Origin: Octopus bimaculoides
Taxonomy: Eukaryota
Length of the DNA stretch: 64,000 nt
Assembly (NCBI RefSeq): GCF_001194135.2
Contig: NC_069005.1
Location: 3,739,502-3,803,501 of the forward strand
Direction of reading: 5' to 3'
Position 1 is the stretch's first letter; every line of letters begins with the position of its first letter. Positions 39,296-52,747 of this stretch are shown here, one piece after another. The position numbers and the translations under genes were made by a program. Under the pieces are notes generated by a model that saw only the letters and a list, made by a program, of their open reading frames with translations, made no database searches and was not told where the DNA came from.

Positions 39296-40274
39296 TAGTT
39301 TGAAGTCCTGTTGCATAGGTTGTGATCATTTACATATTTAAGAATTGTTGTCTATATACGTATTAGATTTAATATATAAATTTTAGTATATGTTTCTTTT
39401 ATATAAAGAGTGGAATATAACGTGAATAAATATCACTTTGTGCTGTAAATCCTACTATTATTCAACAGTTAAAGAGAAACGCCTTCTGCTTGAAGCTTTT
39501 AAATTACTTTTAAGATGAAATCAAATCAGCTTCGAAACTTACATGGTGGGCTTTTAAATTTATTTTTAACATGAGAAATTACTAACATCAAAGATAATAT
39601 TCAACATCTCCATCATTCCTGTACGCGAGTGAGAAAATTAGCACTCGTACTTAAATATACACTTAACTTATTTGTTATCATTTGTCTGTCGAAATATATT
39701 GCATATCTTTCAAATAATTGCTAAAGTAATGAGAAATACAGTAAAATACTTGTGTTGTTATTAGACTTAGCTTCGGAGCATAAATTAGCAAATAATCTTC
39801 AGGGGAAATTTAAGACACTTATCTCATTTCATAATATTTCATCATAAAACAGAGCTTGTGTTCAAGCGTAAATATATATATATATAGAGAGAGAGAGGGA
39901 GAGGGAGAGAGAAAGAGAGAGATGGGGAGGGAGAGAGAGAGAGAGAGAGGACGGACGGAGGGGCAAATACATAGACAGACTGACATAGATAGATGAAATA
40001 CATTTTATAAGATTGGTTATGAGAGACAAAAGCAGTAGTACTTCAAATAGCGATGTATCTTGCATATTTAAAACAGATATATAGTTGAGAGTTGGTATTA
40101 GAAATATAATATTAAAAGGTAGATATCTGAAATTGTGCAGCAGCGTTGGTGGTATTTCTAAATACGTATCTATTCCTTCTTGAATCTCGTTAGTAGCGTG
40201 TATCTACGAAAATGCTTGCTGGATGAAGTTCCGCACCAACTGATATATATATATATATATATTGGTATATACGT

Positions 40275-40420
40275 GAAGATGCGTGGGTTCGAAAACCAGC
40301 GGTGTCTTTTGTCCTTAAAGAAGACGCTATATCACATTTCTCCAACCCATCTAAACCTTGATTGTAAGCTTGTGAGTTCGATAACCAGCGGCGTGTTGTA
40401 TCCTTGAGCAGGATACCATT
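40275..40420 (+). mobile_element. Two tandem degenerate SINE heads (family E-like)
   Basis: gggttcgaaaaccagcggtgtc-tttgtccttaa and gagttcgataaccagcggcgtgttgtatccttgagc. Confidence 0.45.
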
Positions 40421-42064
40421 TGGCGGTTTTCTAGATCATTCACTTGAAAAAAAATAATAGGGAAAGTATTTGAAATGGCCAGCCTCGTCACATTTTGTGT
40501 CAGGCTGAACTCTTTGAAATAATATCAGGTTGCGTATCTTTTTGGATAACTTCAGTAGTAAGTCAACGTCATAACCGACGGTGTACCAGATATATATCAT
40601 TATTGATACCAAGCGCGAACGACGTTTCAAATAGTGCTGAAATGATATTTTGAAATAGTAAATCAATGTTTAGGTTTCGGTGCTTTTTTTATTACCCCCA
40701 GCCAATTACCACCAGTCAAATAAATAAATAAATGAGACAATATTACCTTTCCCTTTAAAATGGCTAGATCTTTATTAGCGTCATTTTTATTGAAGTAAAC
40801 GAATTCTATATTTTCTGCTGAATACTTCATCTTAATGTGTCTCGCGGAGAGGATACGAAAATCATTGCCACGTAAAACAGCGAACGATATGAAATTCTCT
40901 ATCAGATGCTATTGTCACATCTGTAATATTGTATGCTTATTTCTGAAAATTTTGCATGAAAGATCAAGGCGTCTTTTGCAGCACGCTTCCTTCCTTTAGG
41001 ATATGTTGTTGTTCTATTCACATCTATCATCATACATTTTTCTGGCACTAGCTCAATACGGACTGCATCAAAATTACTGCCAGTTAAAATACACCGTTTT
41101 AAAATAATTCCACAAGTGTAAACAAAAAACAATAACAATATGAAAATGGTGTAAAATTTCTTACTGCCAAATATGCCAAGGTCACCTTCAATCAAATCAG
41201 TTTTACTCTATCAAAACACAGACTGTAAAAGACAATACATTCTATAATGAAATGCTGGGAATATAAGAAATGCGTTCATGTATATATGTATATTAGAATA
41301 GAAACACCCACATCAATAAATGGTTCATTTTTATTCTTAAATTTTCTTTACAATAACAAACGTAATTCAAAGGTTATGAACTCACACACACGCTCATATA
41401 TCCATATATACAAGCATATATGTACATATAATCTGTCTGCCTGTGTGTGTACGCATTCACACAAAGAAATATATGCATGAGAACTTATATGAATATACAG
41501 GCATACTCTTCTTTCCATGTCTAAAAAGAAAACTCATTACAAATTCCTGCACTGAAAATCACCAGCTTCTTATATTGATCATTATCGAGTCGTCTTATCT
41601 TCCCCTGATCTTCAAACATTTTATTCTTCACCTGCATACTTGGTGATTGCATTTGCTCTTCGAATACGTTCCAGCCTATGCGAATTTAGACCCACCCCCT
41701 TGTTATTCTATAAGGTTTAATTTTATTTTTCTTCTCCTCCATTTCCTTTCTCTCTGTATCACTTTTTCCATACAAAAGACAACAATAATCTGTTATAAGG
41801 GCCTATTAAAAACGTTAAATTTTGACATTTATTCACACGGTCTATACTACGCATGTGCTGTACTCGTTCTTATCCTTAATAACGTAGATGACCTATCGTA
41901 CCCTATTGCTCCAAAAGTCTCGTTATTTAAACTAAACCCATTATGGTGGGACACCGTCAAGAGAAAGCAGAAATATTGAAATATCCGAACTAATATCTGA
42001 GATGTGTCGTGTATCATTGCTCCATATTGTTGCGGCGGTGAAGTAGTGGAATCATCACGCACTG

Positions 42065-42215
42065 GGTAACAAGCTTAAGGATATTTTTTCAGGCGTTACG
42101 TTCTGTGTTCAAGTTCTGCGAACACCAACTTTGCATTTCGTCCTTTTGGGGGCGATAAAATAAGTAATACTTCGACTATTACCCTTCCACAAAATTTTAG
42201 GCCTTATGACTATAA
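42065..42215 (+). mobile_element. SINE family A, degenerate
   Basis: acgttctgtgttcaagttctgcg...aactttgcatttcgtccttttgggggcgataaaataagta. Confidence 0.6.
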
Positions 42216-42494
42216 AAAAAAAACATCATTCGATTTTCTTCCTTATAAAAACTATTGCAGTTTTTGAAATTTATTGTCCGTTCCACCATATAATTGTTTT
42301 GTGTTGTTGTTTTTTTTTTGTATTTCATTTGGTATAACGGAAAATTATTCAGTGAACGGAAATGTTGCTTTTATGAGTAAATCTAGTATTAAATTGACTG
42401 TAATTACTTCAGAAACTACAATATTATCCATTATATGACTAGTAACATTAAGAGTATAGGTATGTCAGCAAGTGTAAGGTCAGGAAATATGGCA

Positions 42495-42564
42495 TGCATA
42501 TGGGGTAATTGTTAAGCGCGCGGGCTACTAACCTCATGTTTCCGAGTTCGATTCCAGGCAATGA

Positions 42565-42605
<41 letters not shown>

Positions 42606-42775
42606 TCGAAAAATACTTTAGGAATGAAAACCCAGGTTCGAAATTTCCCCAAGACACCTGATGAAGGCTGGAGGGTATATCAACCGAAAGGTTGTGTTAA
42701 CAACAAACAAGATGAATGCAAATATCCGTCAAATGTAAATAATGTACATAACACCTCATCTCTTAGAGAACTGAA
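42495..42775 (+). mobile_element. SINE family C, full-length: tRNA-like head, internal (AAT)n, hammerhead-like tail
   Basis: A-box-like tggggtaattg, anticodon-arm-like gggctactaacc, B-box gagttcgattcc (42544-42555), tail homologous to 22635-22800. Confidence 0.85.
42653..42698 (+). ncRNA. Hammerhead motif, mutated copy (probably inactive)
   Basis: GACAC-CUGAUGA-A-GGCUG..CAACC-GAAAG-GUU-GUGUU. Stem II has a mismatch and a C15.2>G change breaks the ACGU palindrome. Confidence 0.5.
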
Positions 42776-44518
42776 TAATAATTTACCTGTGAATTTCTTG
42801 ATTCTCATACAAAATAATGAAATGAACGCTAATTTTAAAAAGAAAATATTTATAACCTTAATATTATAGAAAGCAGAACCTGCATATTCTACTTATATAC
42901 ACATAACTTTTCTTTTCTCTAAGTACCCCCTCCATCTAAAGCTCATCACTACACAAGTCTTTTAAATGTATGCATTTATTCAGGAGATTATCATTGCTTG
43001 TCACCGAACATCTTATCTGTACTAATCCTGTCCCACATATGATAATCTCTCTATCTACTTTTGTCGTTCTCTTCTCTAAAAACCAACTAAAGCGTGATTT
43101 CAAACTTCAATCGCCTAACGTTTTTAGCAGTTTCTATAATACCTATTATGTACATATTGTTATTGAGGAAAATCTAGGTGATATTCGAACCTGGGTCGAC
43201 GAACGATGATTGAAACTATTCTATTTTGTCCGCTGATAGATCAATGAAAGAACAACAATCCAAACTAGACAGAAAATATATAGGATACAAATGAATAATC
43301 TTAGTACAGAGATTTAATACAATAAATCTGTACATCGCGCACCGGTTTGGGGATATTCTCATATTTATTAAAGAACCCTACATAGACCCTGATTGCGTCT
43401 CAATAAAACAGCCTCTAGTGCCTTGTCTCAGCCGTCCATCTACAAGCAAATACAATACAAAAAGCAATAATAATAGTAATGTTAATGTCTCTACGACTGA
43501 CTTTTTGAAAGACAGAAGCAATTTGTAGGATAATGCCGGAGCCAAATTGCTAATTCACAAGCGACATATAGATTAGTTCTTTTTCTTGAGTTCGCTTGTA
43601 TTTCGTTTGTTCAGTTTATTTTTAAATCAGTCTGACAAACTTTTAAATGGAATGGGGAAACTTCAAGTGTTTTAAGTCTTTTTTTCACTCTGTGTCTAGA
43701 CGGACAATCATTACAGTAAGTGGATGCTAAAACACTATGTATGTAAAACGACATAAATATTATCATCATCGTTGTTATTTTTCTTATTGTAGTCATTATC
43801 GTTGCTTATTCCGTGGTTAATGGCAGTATATTTAGAGTGGTTTGGCAAAATACGTATATAGCTTGCGTTAATTAGTTGCCTCAATTACAACTTAAGGTCA
43901 AGCAGTCAATTCAAATCGTAAGCCAATTTCCATTTTTCTTATATCTTGTGCTTTCGTGGTCGATAACATAAAGAACCGATAAAGTACATGTGTAATATTA
44001 TACAACAATAGCCGTCCAAAAATACTGACTACTTCTGCCTATTTCAGATATGTCATAACTTGCTGTTTAGTGGACAAGACAGTATATTAGGAGCCTCGAA
44101 AAAATGATTGTCATATACCAATGGCTCTATGTTTCAAGATCAAATTTCATTAGGGTCGTTATTTCATTTCACCTTTCTGGATCGAAGCTATATATTATCC
44201 GTCAATACCAGGTCATATAATCGAGAGTTCCATGTAAAATGTTTAATTGTGAACAATGTAAGGATGACCATGATGGTGTATGTATGTATGTGCGGCAGAA
44301 ATCTCTGCATACATTTATGTTTACATGAATGTGTACATATAGTATATACGAAATAATGCAAATAACAAATTCATTCCATTAAGCAAAATGAGATTGTTGG
44401 GTTGTTGAAGGAAAACGTGGAATATAATTTTAAGATTTTTATGGTTCACACTATCTGTAAAAACTGAAGGGAAAATATGTAGATACCTTAAATATAAACG
44501 GTAAAACGTGAAAACTGT

Positions 44519-44551
<33 letters not shown>

Positions 44552-45056
44552 TGTTTTTATATAACACAGGAAATTGGAAACTGTTTTGGTATTATTTATT
44601 CATCATTACATGTTTCATATGCGTAGAGAAATAACAACGTTTCATATGTTAGATAAGCATGTAAGAGATATCCTATTAGAAATTCTTCGGACACAGAATA
44701 ATATAATATTATACTATGCTATGTCTGAAGAATTTCTATTAGGAAACCACTTAGATGTTAGATAAACATATACAGTTTGAAATACATTTTAGCAAGTGAA
44801 ACGTATGATATATTGAATAAATAATACTTATTTTTTTTCAATTTCCTGTTTTGTTATACAATAAAGTTCCAAATAATGTTTCTAGAATTTTCAATTTTAA
44901 TATGGACTTTACATCAATTCACCAACGACAGCAAATACATACTGGTCTGTAATAACAGCATGAGCAGATGTGCCTCAAGACGAGACAGCAGGGAATTACC
45001 CTACTTACCTACATTATAAAAAATACATTTGATACCTGTGTGTATGTGTGTGTGTG

Positions 45057-45335
45057 AAGGCGTGTGGCTTAGTTCTTAGGATAAGGTCGTAATTTCTGTG
45101 CCCGCTAGCGCGTTGTGTACTTGGTAAAGACACTTCATTTCGGGTTGCTTAGGTTTGCAAAAATGATTTCTAACTCTCATTTACCAGACGTGCCTTGTCA
45201 CATTCTGTGTCACTCTGGTTCTCCTAAAGAACAACGTTAAGGATGCCCGTGTCTGTGGAGTGCTCATCCATTTGCACATTAACGTCTCGAGCAGGCTTTT
45301 CGTCGATCGGACCAATTGGAACTCACGTCGTCGTA
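45057..45335 (+). mobile_element. SINE family E
   Basis: ggcgtgtggcttagt head, gcgcgttgtgtacttggtaaagacactt central block; homologous to 3022-3283. Confidence 0.75.
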
Positions 45336-45394
45336 TATATATGTGTGTGTGTGTGTTTCTGTGTTTGTGTAAATATGTTTGTGTAAATATGTTC

Positions 45395-45600
45395 GTATGT
45401 CTCGGTTTGTCCCCCTACTTTCGCTTGACAACTGATGTTGGTGTGTTTACGTCCCCATTACTTAACAGTTCGGCAGAATTGTCGATAGTATAAGTACAAG
45501 ACTTACAAAGAATAAGTCCTGGGGTCGATTTGTTCAACCAAAAGGTAGTGCTCCAGCACAGCCGCGCTCAAATGACTGATGAAAATGAAAGAGCAAAAGA
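45395..45600 (+). mobile_element. SINE family B, 3' half
   Basis: cgcttgacaactgatgttggtgtgtttacgtcccc...ataagtac...aataagtcctggggtcgattt...gtgctccagca. Confidence 0.85.
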
Positions 45601-45645
45601 ATATGTACACACAACCACACACACATACATACATAAATATCAAAT

Positions 45646-45694
<49 letters not shown>

Positions 45695-46233
45695 CGTGCG
45701 TGTGCATATACTTCTTACGCATTAACTTTCGTAGAACTAACAACGTAGCGAGCACATTAATCACTCGGCGTATATCCATAACCACATTCAAACACATACA
45801 AATGCATCTACCGATTTTATATACGAAAGTTCACATTCGCTGTTGACACTGAAAATTCTAGTAACCTCTTTGAAGTGGCCCGATTCTCTTTCATGTATTT
45901 ATTTTTCTAGAAAGTAATTTCAATTTCTTTCGTAAATAAGTTCCGTTAGTGTAAAAGCTGTGATCACAAATCGTCTGAACAGAAAGCTGTATACTTGTTG
46001 TAAGTGTAAACTTTGATTATCAATTGTTGCCATTCTTAAAATCCTGAACAAAAGGGTAGTAATAGTATCAGAAAAAATTACTTTTTTTGATTTTAGTGTT
46101 GGCATTTTATGGTCCTTGTCACGCAAAAGCGGCGGTCCGCAATTGCATCATGTTACAGACATATCTGTAACGAACCACTTTGCTGTCATTCGGCTAAATA
46201 TGCACCGCCTCTCAAATATATTTTTCTACAAAT

Positions 46234-46560
46234 AGGCGCAGGAGTAGCTTGCTTTGCAACCACATGGTTCTGGGTTCAGTCCCACTGCGTGGCACCCTGG
46301 GCAAGCGTCTTCTTCTATAGTTCGGGCCGACCAAAGCCTGAGTGGATTTGATAGACAGAAACTGAAAGAATATATATATANNNNNNNNNNNNNNNNNNNN
46401 NNNNNNNNNNNNNNNNNNNNNNNNNNNNNNNNNNNNNNNNNNNNNNNNNNNNNNNNNNNNCCCCCCCCCCTCAATACTTGACAACCGATGTTGTATTTAC
46501 GTCTCCGTTAGCTAGTGGTTCGGCAAAAGGAAGCGATAGAATAAGTACTGGGGACATATT
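46234..46560 (+). mobile_element. SINE family B spanning the gap at 46381-46460
   Basis: caaccacatggttctgggttcagtcccactgcgtggcaccctgggcaag head; ttgacaaccgatgttg tail. Confidence 0.85.
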
Positions 46561-48924
46561 CGATAAGGTAAGCATAAAAAACCATGGCAGTAAACACAAA
46601 TGAGTTGGTATACCAGCTTACCAAAATCGTTTGCAAGATTTTAGCCGACCAGACTCTCTTGTTAGAGAAACTGTCGCGGTGTGTACAACTGTGATATCGA
46701 ATCCGATAAAATGTGTTAAAGGAAGCATTTTTTTTTTTATCGTAGAGTAAATTCTTCATATATAGAATATCAAGAATAACTGTACATCTGAAATTTTCCA
46801 CTCTTTCACACCATGATATTAAGATCAAATCATTTTCAAAAGAATATACTACTAATTATTTTTTTTCTATTTTGCAATTAAATAAAAAATTTCTTAAATA
46901 CGAAAAAAAAAAATTAAATGAAAATTAAAAGTATGTCGTAAATGAGCTTATTGAAATCGTTTCAAATAGAAGGCCAATTAACAAGAAACATGTGATTTCT
47001 ATCGTGTCTAATCCTTTATGAGAAAGTGTCAAAAGCAATATGACATTAACTTGCTAGATCACAAGTATTATCACCATCAAAATAGTACTAGATGGAGTTC
47101 AGTTGCGTGCAGTGGGAATGTACTGTGACATAATAATTGATTTCTCAATCCTCACTGGATAGTAATAGCTATAAATGAAGATAAACGTGTTGTCCAATCA
47201 AATCTGATTATTGTTATATTTAATTTCAGCGATTCTCTGTGGAATTCTTTCGCAGAGAACGAACGGTGTCCACGCCGATAGGTTAATGAGTAAATAGCTG
47301 AGAGTTTGGGCTACTTTAGAGTTTAGTATCTGTATCCCCCGCCTTTTTAATGTTAAGCTTCAGTTCAAGCGTGAAGCGGAGGCCTAATTTTAGAAGTATT
47401 TCAGGAAGGGTATTAACCTCTTCTTAGTTGTTTAGCTGTATAGAGAAATAAATTAGCAAATGAGTTAACTCTCCTTTCCTTTTGAAGAATTTCGGGGCTC
47501 TTTCGTGATATCATGTGGCAGCAATTCATACAGAATTTATATATGTAATAATGCATCTTTATTTTTTTTTTATCTTTCATTCTTTTCAGCCAGGTGTTGC
47601 GCCCATGCAAGAACAAGATGTGTCTGTGTGTGATTGGAGTGTATGTGTATATTATAAACAAATTGTTTGATATATTTATTTGAAAAAAATTCTTATATAC
47701 ATATATACGTATATAGAAAGATACATATATATACACACGCACACATATATAAATACACACACACACACCGTCCAGGTGGGGAATATAAACACCATGTCAA
47801 CCAGCCCCGAAAGTATGTATGATTCTTGAAGGAGGTTTATTTAACTACTACATACGTGTGCGCGTGTGTTTGTATTTATCGAGGTGTGCAGATTTCTTTT
47901 GGCAGTGAATATCCTCAAGTGACGTAACATTATAAAGAAGTAATTCTCCCCCTTTGTGTCTCATTGGCTTTGTCTCGCTCGCTTGCTCAGTTTCAGTATT
48001 TATGTATCTACATATCTTCATGCTTTCATATTGGCTCAGCTCGAAAAGAAATACTAGGTGTTGTTGATTGTTGTGACAATTGTTGTTTTATCACCGACGA
48101 AGAGCGATTCAGCAGAATTATCACCACTGTACTTATAAATGTTAGCGATCGATATTGGTTTTCGAATATATCAATCTTCAGTATCTACTTCCTATATTTT
48201 AAATTAAGATAGATGCTATTTGATGGTAGTTCGGCGAGGTTCGATTGCTATTTCTAGCAAACCTAAAGATTGCAAAGATGTCCGGGCATGTCTCGTCGGT
48301 GTTAATCAGATGTGAAATTCACACCACATCTTTTGCTTGCTGTCAATTTAACACCTGATTAGTTGGCCTTCTCTACAAAAGTTCAATCCTTTTGGCTGGA
48401 AATGGTTGATAGCTAGTTGAAGGTGATCACTTATCAGCTCGTAAACCATATTCGTTCAAGTAACTATCCTGTCGAATCAATAATAATTAGCACAGCCTCA
48501 CTTAGTTATCTACTTGCTGCAATGATTCAACCAGTTATTGTTTCATATGTATGGACATGTGAATGATTGTGTGGTTGAAATGCTCGATTCCCAAGTATAT
48601 AATTCAACGTTTACACCTATTTCATGGTTTGCAGAGTACGTGTTTTTCCTTGTGTGTTTAACAATGCTCTGTGATAGAATTCAGGAGCCAGAAATCAGTC
48701 GTTTACTTACGTGCGCATATGATAATAACTATCTCTGCAACTACGTATCCCCATGCGCATTCCTACTGCCTGAAACGTTTTGCGAAAGCCGTCTACAAAT
48801 GCCTTGGGCTGTCCAAATCCTCGTGAGTGGATTGGTGAAAGGAGACTAAAAGAAGCCTGTCGTATGGACTGCTGAAATCTACAAGCTTTTTTTGCTCAAT
48901 CTCGCTCTCTCTCTTTGTATGTTC

Positions 48925-49055
48925 TTATTCCTTTCTGCTCAAGAGTGTAGGCTCGAAACGTAAAATACTTTTTCATTTTCCCGAGCGTCAAACTAATACA
49001 CTTGCTTGTTCATACACCTCTCTTCGTCTTTTGTTTTTCTATAAATTTTAACTAT
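48925..49055 (+). mobile_element. Short Penelope-tail-like repeat with decayed hammerhead architecture
   Basis: UUU-CUGCUCA-A-GAGU-guag-GCUC-GAA-ACGU-A-AAA at 48932-48965. Confidence 0.45.
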
Positions 49056-49067
49056 CTATCTATCTAT

Positions 49068-49121
<54 letters not shown>

Positions 49122-50276
49122 AGAGAGAGATAGAATATTGTATAACTCTGCATACTTCCGCGTGTGTTTGTGTGTGTTTGTGCTCTATTTGTCAGCGTAT
49201 AACAGTCAGAGATATAAATAGAAGACGTGAACCACAAACCAAAGTTTTATAAACTCGCCAGTTTGTTTAGCTCTGCACCGAGTTTCTATTAACCTCTCGT
49301 ATTCTCAATGTCCTAGAAAGTGCAATAAACCAGTGATTGACCAGATGGAAACTCGGAAACTATAATGCCAATGTTGACCAATTACTTATATAAAATAAAT
49401 GAATAAAGATATTTGATTAAACATTCATGGCCATCTTCATTGTATCTCTGCACCAAGAACTTATATTTCTATTGAAGGAAATAAAATATATTTTGACAGT
49501 GATGTATTAGTTGCTAACCCCTTGATCTACGACACACGCCAATGTATATAAACACTTACACTTTTAGACAAATATAAACACGAATACTTACAGATATTCA
49601 TGAAAGTGATTGTGTGCGGGTGTACATATATAAGTATTGATACGTGTGTGTGTGTGTGTCTGTGTGTGTGTATGTGAGCAAATATACGTGTGCTTGTGTG
49701 GAATCATAAACACGGCATATACGATTCAATGCATATAGCAAATTTGACATAATTAAAATAGAGCTATATATAAATGACTCGGCGTTCTGGTGTTTCGTGC
49801 CAGTATTGTTGTTTGCCAAGTATTTTCATGTGTAATTCGAGATATTTGAGTCATATATGTAAGTAGAATATCAACGAATAAATTACCACCAAACACATAC
49901 TCAGACATTTCAACATGCAATGACGGCCTGTAACACCAGATGCCGTTGTTCTTCAATGAGTCAACAGATCCAACATTGAAATGCAAATTCATACGCAATC
50001 AGACATGTTTGCTTTGGCACTTTACAAGGGATGCGAGTGAACAGTTTTCATAAGCAGTTGTTTTACATGTAGTTTCAAGGGAGTAAACATTCTAGACATA
50101 CACCTAGGAAACATATAAGGGATGCTGTTAAGAACAAGCTTAAGTGTCTTAGCGATATTTTGAAGGATGCGGGCGGGATGGAACATCGATTGGTTTATTT
50201 ACTCTTAATTACGTGGCAGACATATGCAATTTANNNNNNNNNNNNNNNNNNNNNNNNNNNNNNNNNNNNNNNNNNN

Positions 50277-50316
<40 letters not shown>

Positions 50317-51153
50317 CTAATGTAAAAATGAGAGTGAATATTTATTTTATGAGTGCTGTGTATTAAGGCTATAAAAGTGTATATATATATATAAAGTGCC
50401 TTAAGTAACGATCGTATTACTTTCCCTAAAGACACAACAGACGCTAAGTTTTCAGGTTTTGGGGATAAAATTTTCAGAAATAACCCAACAGTTCTACACT
50501 TATGTCAGTGAAAATAGTAACAGATTATAATATACACTAAACGTTACTGCAGCCTAATATGTTTCGTCAATGTCTCAACGGATCACACTTATGCTGAGCC
50601 ACTCAACATTTGTTTCTGTCCTATAACCTTCTTCTCAGAATCCGAGCTCCTCTTTAGATATTTTACTTTTTAGTTATCCTCTCAGACAGGTATGACTTCA
50701 AAATTTCCATGGTCAACAGTCACTTAATTTTTATTCGTTTTCACGATTCGTTGTCTCAGTTATTTCTGCTATTGCCTTGTTACTATCACTTTTCCTCTTC
50801 GTTTTATGCTACATCCAATATTACGTCAGTGCTATTGTCTCCCATTCTCAACGTCATAATCTCCATTATTCACAGTTTCTTTTTTCATAATCTCCTCCGG
50901 CTATAGATTTTACAATGCTTCAGTATCATTTTCTCCTTCAGATGCTTATCTTAATCACGATGCTCTTTCTTTGAGAACGTTTTAATTCCAGTGGCGACAA
51001 TCCCTCACACTATTATCTCGACCAATGACCCTCAAAGGTATATACATCAAAGTAGAATATGATGTGGGTGGAAAAAACGACGACAGCTTGATTATGTATT
51101 TAACACCAAAATAGCTCTCTCATATCTTTTTACGGGGCAAACTGATTATTATT

Positions 51154-51983
51154 AAGGAGGTGAGCTAGCAGAAACATTAGTGCGTCCAACAAAATGCTTA
51201 GTCGCATATTTTGCTACATTACGTACTGAGATTAAACGCCACCAAGTTCATTATTTTTTATTTTCATCAATTGGGGATAGACGAAAGAAGTACCTGTTGA
51301 TAACAAAGATTGTTGTAGTTTAGTACCGACTATCAAACCAGTTCAGGTCTTGTGTCTATACCATAAAAAGGATTATTGTTATTAAGGTGCCGTGTCGGTA
51401 GAATAAATAGCAAAACGGACAAAATGCTTATCAATGTCAATGAAATAAGAACGCGTTGAGACTAGAGTCGATGCAATCGACTTAGCCAGCAAATTCGAGA
51501 AAGTGGGATTGTGCTAAGATTTGAAACCGTTATCAATGTAATTACATGGCGGCGAGCTGGTAGAATCGTTAGCATGGTGGGCAAAGCGCTTAGCAGTATT
51601 TCGTCCATTTTTAAGTTCTGAGTTCAAATAACGCGGAGTTCGATCTTGCCTTTCATCCTCTCTGGATCGATGATATAAACACCAGTTGTGGTCAATGTAA
51701 CCGACTGGGCCCCTCCCGCCAAATTTCTGGCCTTGTTCTTATTGTAGATCGGACTAATAATGCAGGTGTTAAGGCGGCGAGCTAGCAGAATCCTTAAAAT
51801 GCCAGAAAATATGCTTAACGATATTTACTTCAACTTTACTCTCCGAGCTCAGTTTGCGCCACGGTCGGCTGTGTCTTTTCACCCCTTTCGCGGTCGATGA
51901 AATAAGCACCACTTAAGCACCGGAGTCAATGTTATCGACGAGCACATCCCGATATTTCAAACCTCGTTCCTATTTTAGAAATG
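51154..51983 (+). mobile_element. Four head-to-tail SINE family A copies (~51154-51371, 51384-51530, 51548-51750, 51771-51983)
   Basis: Each starts (a)agg(c/t)gg(c/t)gagct(a/g)g(c/t)agaa-like; copy 2 is internally deleted. Confidence 0.8.
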
Positions 51984-52004
51984 ATTATTACTCTAGTCAT
52001 TGTT

Positions 52005-52095
52005 ACTACTACTACGACGACCACCACAACTCCGATGACGACTACTGCTACTACTACCACTACCACCAGCACAGTTACGCCCACCATTACTACTG
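52005..52095. repeat. (ACT/ACC/ACG)n low-complexity tract
   Basis: Direct reading. Confidence 0.85.
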
Positions 52096-52694
52096 ACGCA
52101 TTATTTTGTAAGAAACTAAGGAACATTGACATAACAAAACATGTCCCTTCATCCTGTAACGTCGTTAGTAAAGATTTATTTATAAATATCGGTAATTAAT
52201 TCCACTAGAATACCTCACCGTGTTGATTACTGTGCGACATAATGAAAATGTGTAAAAATATTCGCAATATGTAATAATTTCGTAAAAAACAGCTTCTCGA
52301 TAAGATTCTGATTTGAAGCTAAAACATTTTTATTATTATTCCTACGCTGTTTTATCACCTGCTTCATCTCATTGGTTCGCCTCAGGTGAAAATAATATGT
52401 AGAATTGTCAGAAGCGTCTATAGGTAAATATATTGTATATGCACGCGTATAGGTATAGACACCTGCACAAATATTCACCCGCACTCGCACATACGACAAT
52501 ACAAATGCATATATTACCTGACATGTACAAGCATATAGCTATAGTCACTTATGAATCAATATTTACACCTACACATACAATATACACACATGCATACACT
52601 CACACGCACACACACACATACTTATATACATATATACATATATACTCATATATATACACGCACGCACAAATTTGTATATACACACGTCCATTTA

Positions 52695-52747
<53 letters not shown>

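Noticed and set aside
40902-41222. 97-aa ORF MIEGDLGIFGSKKF... and a 58-nt acceptor/donor-bounded segment at 41165-41222
   Set aside because: It has a TTG start and no recognisable domain, and the spliced segment has stops in all three frames.
42495-42560. tRNA gene
   Set aside because: It has A and B boxes but no complete cloverleaf or acceptor stem, and continues into a repeat body. It is a SINE head, as are the other tRNA-like segments.
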